Shown here: positions 54,789 through 64,000 of the stretch, in pieces
Numbering within the stretch: the stretch's first letter is position 1
Layout: the number at the start of each line of letters is the position of its first letter
Assembly (NCBI GenBank): GCA_000004695.1
Contig: CM000153.2
Location: forward strand, 1,056,001-1,120,000
Origin: Dictyostelium discoideum
Lineage: Eukaryota
Reading direction: 5' to 3'
Length of the DNA stretch: 64,000 nucleotides
Program-made: the position numbers and the translations under genes
Notes under the pieces: generated by a model
The model's input: the letters and a program-made list of their open reading frames with translations, nothing else
What the model was told of the DNA's origin: nothing
Databases searched by the model: none

Positions 54789-57700
54789 TTTTTTTTTTTT
54801 TTTTTTATTTTTTTTTATTTTGTTTTATTTTATTTTTTTTTTTATAAATATCTTGCACGAAAATAAATTTTGGATATTTTTAAAAAATTATTGAGAGAAA
54901 AAAAAAATTATTATTTATTGTTATTATTATTTGAAAAATTTATATGAGAAAGTTGCGGTTGTATATTAAAAAAAAAAAAATTATTGTGAGGAAAAAATAT
55001 TAAAATAATTTATATGGTAATTAAAAAAAAAAAAAAAAAAATAAATAAATAATTGAATAAAAAAAAATTGTTTATATATATTGAAACAAATAATTAATTA
55101 TATTTATAAGTGAATGTATATTTATTTATTTAATTGTATATTATTATTTATTATTATTATTACTTAATACTGTTTGTATTTGGATTGAAATGAAAAAAAA
55201 AAAAAAAAAATTTTAATTTATAGGCAACTCAAATTTGAAGAGTAAATTTTCATTTTTATCACAGGTCTATTATTGACTTATTTTTGGTTCCATACAACTA
55301 AAAATAAAAAAGAGATTATAAAAGAATTTATAAGTGTTCCATGTTTAGAAAGAGTAGCACATTAAAAATAACCCAACTCGATTATGATATATCCTCATTT
55401 TGATAAGATTTCAAGTTGGAATAATAATAGAAACACACCATTGTTTTTATAATATCTTAATGTAATCTTATCATATATCGTTTTTGTGATGATTTATGAG
55501 GTTTTTTTTTTTTTTTATATTATTATACAAATTTTTTTTTTTTTTTTTTTTTTTGGTGGGTGGTTATTGTGTGTTTTCTAAATAATAGTTTTAATATTTG
55601 TGTGGAGTTTTTTTTTTTATGAGTCAACTGACAAAATATAAAACCCCAAAATAATAGTTTGCATATTTTCGACAACAACTTGAGAGTTTCTTTTAATTTA
55701 AAGAATTTTGATTGGGGGTTGTATAATAATTTTATTATTTTTTTTTTTTATTTTTTCATATACCCAAAAATATTAAAAAACCCCACGAAATATTAATCAT
55801 GCAAATATATTTGTGATGAAAATCTGGATTTTTAATTTTTTTTAATTTTTTTTTAATTTTTTTTTTTTTTTTTTCTAATGGGATCTGTTTTGGTGTATTG
55901 TTTTTTTTTTTTAATTTACAAATTTTTTTTTTTTTTCATATAATTAAGTTTATAATGATTAGTTGATATTTTGTTTGATTGATTATTTAATTTAATTTTT
56001 ATTTTTTTTAATTTTTTTTTTTTTTTTTTTATAAATATTTGCAGACTATAATCATTTTCAGTGATTTAATATAAGAATCTATTATATTCAATTTCTTCTC
56101 CTTCAATCATTTGATATTTTTTTCAATCACAATGATTACATATTTAATGGGGACTATAATATGAAACTGTTGCAATAAACTACAACTAACTACCACAACA
56201 AATAATCTCAAATTAATTTGAAAAAATTCATTTTTAATTAAAATTTATAAAAATTATAATAATAATAATATTTGAACAATTGAATCTCTAAGTTCACCCA
56301 TAAACATCTAAATGTTTCAAATAATTTTAAAAAAAAAAAGTGGAAAAGGAAAAAATTAAACTTTTCAATTTTTAAAATAAATTTTAACCGTTAACATTAT
56401 GTGCATATAATGTGTAGGATGAAAAAAAAAAAAAACTAAACAAAAAAAAAAAAAAACCAATCAACACCCCCATTTGGAGGCTTGGGTATTGTTTTTTTTT
56501 TTTTTTTTTTTTTTAATAAACTCCTTTTTTTTTTTTTTTTTTTACCACCAGCAAATATACTCCATCTCTTTTTTTTATTATTATTTTTTTTTTTTTTTTT
56601 TTATTTTTCTTCCAAAAATCTCATGTCTGAGTTATCTCAATGACAAAAAAAAAAAAAAAAAATTGAAAAAAAAAAATACCCGTTCTGCAGATTATTCCTA
56701 TGAAAAAGAGAGAAAGATTTAGATATTATCATAATCAATTGATTATTGAAAATTTTTATAATAAGCCAGTCTATGTTTTTTTTTCTTATAGATTTTAATT
56801 AATATCAAAAAATGAATTTACTTTTTTTCAAATAAAAATTTTAATAGACAAAGTAGTTTACTATCAATTTTTTGACAATAATATATCTTTCTTCGGTTAT
56901 CATGATGAATTAATCAGTTTTTTTAATAAAAAAAAAAAGATTAAAAAAAAAAAAATTAATCAGTAAATAAAAAATAAAATATCCAAATAAATGAAAGGGT
57001 GGTAGGAAAATATTAATCAAAAAAATTAAAAATTAAATATTAGATTTTCGTTGGTATATAATTTGATATTTGGCATAATTTAACTTTTATTATTATTGTT
57101 TTTTTTTTTAAATAACAATATAACATATATTTTATTTTATTAATTCCTCTCAATCAATAAATCTATCAACTAAAATGATATTTTTGGTATTATAATTTCA
57201 TTTTTTATTTAATAAAAAATTGATCTTAATTTTATTAACTTTATGATTTTTTAAATTAATTTTTTTTTATTTCGATTTTATAGTGTTTCTCTTTAATTAA
57301 TTTATTATTTTTATTATTAAATTCTAAGATCACTTTTTTTTTTTTTTTTTTAAAAAACAAATTAAAAAAACCTACCAATCTTGTTTTTTATTTTCTTTTA
57401 TCTCAAATGACCCATTTTTTTTTAAAAAAAAAAAGGACGATTTATTTTAATCAAATAAATAATCACCTTCATTTTTTGATCAAAAATGATTTCAAAACTG
57501 ACGAAATAAAAAATACAAAAAGATTGAATAAAATAAAAACAAAAAACAAAAAACACCAAAAAATTCATATGTTCAAAATAATTATGGTATTCAACTCAAA
57601 TATTATTTTACGAATAAACTCAAATGAAATGAATTTTCATTAAAATTCTAATATAAAAAATCAATTTTGTTTTCTGTGTTTATGTGTTGTTAATGTTTCC

Positions 57701-58385
57701 AACCACCAATAATTTATTTGTAAATTATAAAATTTAATTTATAAATATTCTTTATTTTTTTTTTTTTTGTTTTTTTTTAATAATCATTAACATAGAAGAT
57801 TTTTTTTTTTTTATTTTTCAAAAGTTCCAAAATCATGGCTTTAGGGATTAGTTTTTTTTTTTTATTTTTTTTTTTTTAAAAGCTTTTATTTTTAACATTT
57901 TATTATTACAATTGTAATTATTGTTTTTTTGGACATATCCAACCAAGAAAACAGTGTCTTGATATTTTTTATTTTTTATTTTCAAAAAAAAAACCTCCAG
58001 TTGTTGGTTGAATTACAAAAATTTGATTAGATATTTTTTTTTATCATCAAAAAATTGAAGTTTTGTGTGTGGTTAAAAATTTATTATTAATTATTTTAAT
58101 TTTATTATAATTTTTTTTTTTTTTTTTATTATTTTATTGATTTAGGGTTAAAAAAAAAAAAAAAAAGTGATTGGAAAAACTAAAATAAAAAAAAATAAAA
58201 ATGAAAATAAAAATAAAAATAAAAATGTGATTGAAACATTTAATTTCATCCAATAAAATTACTATAATCTCTAATTTAAATAAATTCCTACCTCTATTAT
58301 TAAATATTTTAACAAAAAAAAAAAAAAAAAAAAAAAAAAGGATTTTTTATTTTTTTTTATTATTATTATTTTTTTTTTTTTTTTT

Positions 58386-60616
58386 TTATTCTTCTGCAGG
58401 TTGATTACATTCATCTAATTCCTTTTGCATAATCTTCATACGTTGCATTATTTTCAAAGCTAAATCTTTTCTGCCCTTTGTAGATAATTGTAATGCTAAT
58501 TTTTTATCCTCTCCAATAGCTACTTCAAGTTGCTTTAAATAATCTTCTAATGACAACAATCCAGTTGAGACATTAGTTTCCAAAAGCATGAGTTTAATAT
58601 CAATTGCTTGTTTTCTATCTAATAACTCTGGTTTTGCTCCTTGTGTTGCTATTTGTTGATTGATTGTCTCTTGCATCCATTCAAATACATTATTTGATAC
58701 TACTCTATCTAAATCTTCTACCATTTCATCCAAATCTTCATCTGTTACATCATCTGTTTTTACTGAAGCTTTTGTTGCTGTTGTTGTTGTTGCAGCTGTT
58801 GTTGTTGTAGTTTTTTCTACTGTTGTTGCTGGTGTTGGTGTTGGTGTTGGTGTAGGTGTAGGTGTAGGCTTTGATGGTGTTTCTGTTGTTGTTTTTGTTG
58901 TAGTTGTGGTAGTTATAGAAGTTTCTGCAGCAGGAGTTGGTGCTTGAGTTGGATTTGATGTTGATTTTGATGATGTTGTTGTTGTTGTTGTTGTTGTTGA
59001 TTTTTCAGTTATAGTTATTGGAGTATCTAAAACTAAAACTTTTTCTTTAACAACTTTTAATTCTTTACCTAATAATGGTGTTCTCATTTTAATGTTTACA
59101 TTTAAAAAGCTACCAGTTTCTTTTTTTGAACCTTCTTTTAAGATTGGTACTTTTTCATTGATTTCACATTTATTTAAAAGATCGGATAATTTGATTTCAC
59201 ATTTACCCACTACAGATTTCATAAAGAACATTCTTGAGGAATAGAATACTAATGAGATTTTCTTCTTTTCTAAACATCTTTGAAGTGTTTTCTTTCTTTC
59301 AATTTGAAGTTTAGTTACATATGAAAATGAACTATCAGAGAGGGAGATTGTAGAAGTTTGAAATTTAGTTGGTTGTTCAGGTGATGGGTATGGTAATTCA
59401 CCGTAGATGGTGAAATCAGTTGATAATGCCTTTTGTAATTCTTGTCCATTCGATAGTTTTATAACAAATTCATTTTCTTTGATATCAGGGAACGAAATCT
59501 CAGTGGAGTTTACTTTCTCTTCGAAATGAAATGATGGTGGTGGTAAACCTTGGTCACGATTAACGAGTATTTGGTCAATGATTGCATGAACACCTTTACT
59601 CTCCTTTAATAAATGAATTGCTGCAACCTTATCAATATCTCTTAATCTAACAGCCTCTGATGTAAGTTTCAAATGTTTTCTTCTAAAATCCTCTTCAATT
59701 AAATCCCATGTTTGAATTCTCTCCTCTGCTTCAATAGTTTCTCTAGATAAAATTTGAGTTTTTGGTGATACCATTGATGATGGTGTTGCTGTTGGTGATC
59801 TATTATTTGGTGTTTGAGATCTTGTTGGTGTTTGAATTTGTTGTAATTGTGCTTGTGCTTGTTGTTGTACTTGTTGTAATTGTGATACTGAAATATGTGG
59901 TGGTAAAATTGAAGTTTCAATTGGTAAACCTTCCTTTAAATTCTCTAATGCTTCTGATATAACTTTTGCACCCTTCATATATTGTAATGCTTCTGTTTTA
60001 TTATCTTGTTGTTTCGCCACTAATGCTAATTTTTTATAAATAATTAATCTTTCTTCTAATTTTTTAATTAATTCCTTTAAAAAAATAAAAAATGAAAAAA
60101 TAAAATATATATATATATTAATATCATCATAATAATATGTCACAAACAGTATTGATTTGATAATCTTACATGATCAATATAATCAGTTTGATTATTACTA
60201 TCTTTATTATTGCTATTATTATTATTATCATCATCAAAATCCATTAAATCTTTTAATTCATCTTCTTCAGTTTTTACAGGTTTTGGTAATGGTTTGGGTA
60301 TAACTTGTGTTTTAATAGTGGTTGTAATAGTTGAGGTTGTAGTTTGTTGTTGTTGTAGTGATTGTTTTTTAAGTGGTTCTGGTTTCTTTAGAGTTTCACC
60401 ACTTTCAATTTGGCTTAGTTGAGATAATAATTCAGGATCCTCTAAATCTGCATCTGTCAATTCAACATCATCTTCATTGATTTCTGTATTTAATAATTTA
60501 TCAATTTCTTTAAAATTAATATCTGGTATTGGTTCATCTGTATATTCATCCTCAACTGGTGGTTTACCATTATTACCACCACCACTTGGTTTTTTATTTT
60601 TACTTGATCCAAACAT
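58386..60616 (-). CDS. Coiled-coil and C2 domain-containing protein 1 (CC2D1A/B, Lgd/Freud-1) homolog: DM14 repeat(s) plus C-terminal C2 domain; exons 60616-60179 and 60074-58386
   Basis: Exon 1 (MFGSSKNKKPSGGGNNGKPP...DYIDH) joins through GTAAGA...TTAAAG to ELIKKLEERLIIYKKLALVAKQQDNKTEALQYMKGAKVISEALENLKEGLPIE, a DM14-type motif. A C2-like region follows (KCEIKLSDLLNKCEINEKVPILKEGSKKETGSFLNVNIKMRTPLLGKELKVVKEKVLVLD). Then a Thr/Pro-rich linker (TPTPTPTPTP) and a terminal helical region ...DRKQAIDIKLMLLETNVSTGLLSLEDYLKQLEVAIGEDKKLALQL... as in Lgd. Confidence 0.6.
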
Positions 60617-60835
60617 TCTTTATTATTATTAATAATAGTAGTTATTAAATTAAATAAAATTAAAAAAAAATATATATATATATATAAATGAAGTATTTAG
60701 TTTTTCTTTTTTTTTTTTTTTTTTTTTTTTTTTCTTTCTATTATATTATGTCAAACTTGATTTTAAAATCCACAAAAGTGTTATAATACAATTTTATTGT
60801 AGTTGTAGTTGAAAAAAAAAAAAAAATGAGTCTGT

Positions 60836-60869
<34 letters not shown>

Positions 60870-61144
60870 TTTACAATTTTAATTTTTTTTTTTTTATTAT
60901 TTTTTTTTATTTTTTTTTTTAAAAAATCTTTTTTTTTTGCGATAAAAAGGGGGTGGCCAAATATAAAAAAAAAAAAAATTTAATAAAAATAAAATAAAAT
61001 AAAATGATTAGAAAAATAAATTATTCAAATAATAAAAAATAAAAAAATATTATTAAAATAATAAAATGAAAAAAAAAAAAAAAAAATACATAAAGAATAA
61101 GTAAAATATATTTACAAAAATATTATTATTTATTTTATTTTTTT

Positions 61145-61183
<39 letters not shown>

Positions 61184-61215
61184 ATAATAAGACACTATTT
61201 TTGATTTTATTTGAT

Positions 61216-61593
61216 TTAAGATTTTATAGAAGATCTCTCAATTTGTTTTTGAGCATCTCTAAGTTTAAATACTAAATCTTGTAATTGATCTAAAGTTGCA
61301 GCGAATTGAACTTTACCTTTAACATTTTCTTCTTGTTCAGTAGTTAAATTAATTAAATAAACTGGTGTATTTAATTTCTCTACAGCATTTGATTTCATGA
61401 ATAAATCCAATCTCCAATTTACATCAATAATATGAGGAAAATGAAAGTTTGTTACTGATAAATGTTTTCTAATTGCAACTCTATATTCTTTAAAATAATT
61501 TGAAATGAAATCAATTCTACTACTTGATAATTTATGTTCTTCCAATAAATCACTATCATAATATTTAATTATTTATTAATTTATTAATTAATC

Positions 61594-61631
<38 letters not shown>

Positions 61632-62052
61632 CTCTTCCTTTCTTAAAATAATAATAGTAATAATAATAATAAAAAAGACAAACCTTATTGATGATTGATC
61701 ATAATTTATTTTCATTGATTCTAAAATAAAAACGATGAATGCTGAAAAAGTTTGTTTTAATGCAATTGTATCAACACTTGATACAGCTTTATTATCTAAT
61801 TGATTTAATAATGAATGAAATTATTTTATTTTGGATGATGTTAGAATATGAAGAAAAAGGAGAAGAAAAAAAGGTATGGCAAGAGGTGTGTGTGTGTATG
61901 TGAAATAACTTACCAAATAAATCAGATTCAGTTTTTTTCTTTAATATTACTAAAAAACAAGTATCGATAATATGTTTAAATACACTATCATTTATTAATT
62001 TTTCATCTGATAGAGTTTCTATTCCTTTTAAAACATCCTCACTTAAATTCAT
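61216..62052 (-). CDS. COMM domain-containing protein (COMMD family); exons 62052-61914, 61795-61684, 61552-61216
   Basis: MNLSEDVLKGIETLSDEKLINDSVFKHIIDTCFLVILKKKTESDLFG/DNKAVSSVDTIALKQTFSAFIVFILESMKINYDQSSIR/SDLLEEHKLSSSRIDFISNYFKEYRVAIRKHLSVTNFHFPHIIDVNWRLDLFMKSNAVEKLNTPVYLINLTTEQEENVKGKVQFAATLDQLQDLVFKLRDAQKQIE. The C-terminal ~70 aa (IDVNWRLD...LxxLxxxLxxA) match the COMM domain. Introns are GTAAGT...AATTAG and GTTTGT...GATAG, both phase-consistent. Confidence 0.6.
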
Positions 62053-62104
62053 TGTATATGTATAAGTATATGTATAAGTATATGTTGGGAATTAAAAAAA
62101 TAAA

Positions 62105-62143
<39 letters not shown>

Positions 62144-62345
62144 AAATTAAAAAATCAAAAAAAAAAATCCAACGAAGTCTCTTTTTTAAAATAAATTTAG
62201 GAAAATCCTTTCAAAATCTTTGTCAAATCTTCCAAGTTTTATGGAAAAAAAACATCAAACACTTTCAATTTTTTTTAATAAAATAAATAATAATAAAAAT
62301 TAAAATGGAAAAAATTCCTAGTTTAAAAAATAATAAATTTATTAT

Positions 62346-63815
<1,470 letters not shown>

Positions 63816-64000
63816 TTTTCTTTCTTTTTTTTTTTTTTTTTTTTAAAAAAAAGAGAAAATGAATATATAATTTTTTTCTTTTTTTTTTCTCTTCTTTATT
63901 GGTTTTTTTTTTTTTTTTTTTTTTTTTATTTATTTGTTAATGGATGAATTTCCCCTATTTATTAAAAAAATATAAAAAATAAAAATTATTATTTTTGGTC

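Overview
This window is nuclear DNA of a Dictyostelium-type social amoeba, not a prokaryote. It is about 80% A+T, with poly-A/T intergenic DNA, (AAT)n/(CAA)n microsatellites, coding poly-Asn and poly-Gln tracts, and short AT-rich introns with GTAAGT / GTATGT / GTTTGT donors and AG acceptors. Operons, CRISPR arrays and terminators do not apply here. The provided ORF track appears to also allow GTG/TTG starts and ignores splicing, so I rebuilt gene models by eye. All splice coordinates are hand-derived and may be off by 1-3 nt.

I can support about 22 protein-coding genes. In order along the window:
- a partial Asn-rich gene at the left edge
- a 100-nt run of N (assembly gap) flanked by low-quality sequence
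- a GPR89/Golgi-pH-regulator homolog
- a DNA ligase III-like gene that lacks the PARP-type zinc finger and carries a macro-domain-like insert
- a BRPF-like Enhancer-of-polycomb-N / PHD-Zn-knuckle-PHD / bromodomain protein
- mitochondrial ribosomal protein L9
- an inositol hexakisphosphate kinase
- Tim22
- a Ser-rich coiled-coil protein
- an Obg/YchF-family GTPase with a TGS domain
- a 1218-aa Asn-rich protein of unknown function
- several small or poly-Q hypothetical proteins
- a cathepsin-L-like cysteine protease that seems to need a 5-nt micro-exon
- a tandem array of three paralogous type I membrane glycoprotein genes (38.7-50.9 kb)
- DIM1/KsgA rRNA dimethyltransferase
- an Asn-rich nuclear-looking protein
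- a CC2D1/Lgd homolog
- a COMM-domain protein
- a secreted/poly-Q protein

The most interesting region is the three-gene array. Each gene encodes signal peptide, LRR-like segments, IPT/TIG domains, tenascin-type EGF modules, a Ser/Thr stalk, a transmembrane helix and a short tail. Their 3' ~1.3 kb are about 97-99% identical at the nucleotide level, while the N-terminal ectodomain halves are strongly diverged. The middle copy carries an in-frame stop, a splice-phase clash and a frameshift, so it may be a pseudogene kept similar by gene conversion. This looks like a rapidly diversifying cell-surface recognition or adhesion locus.
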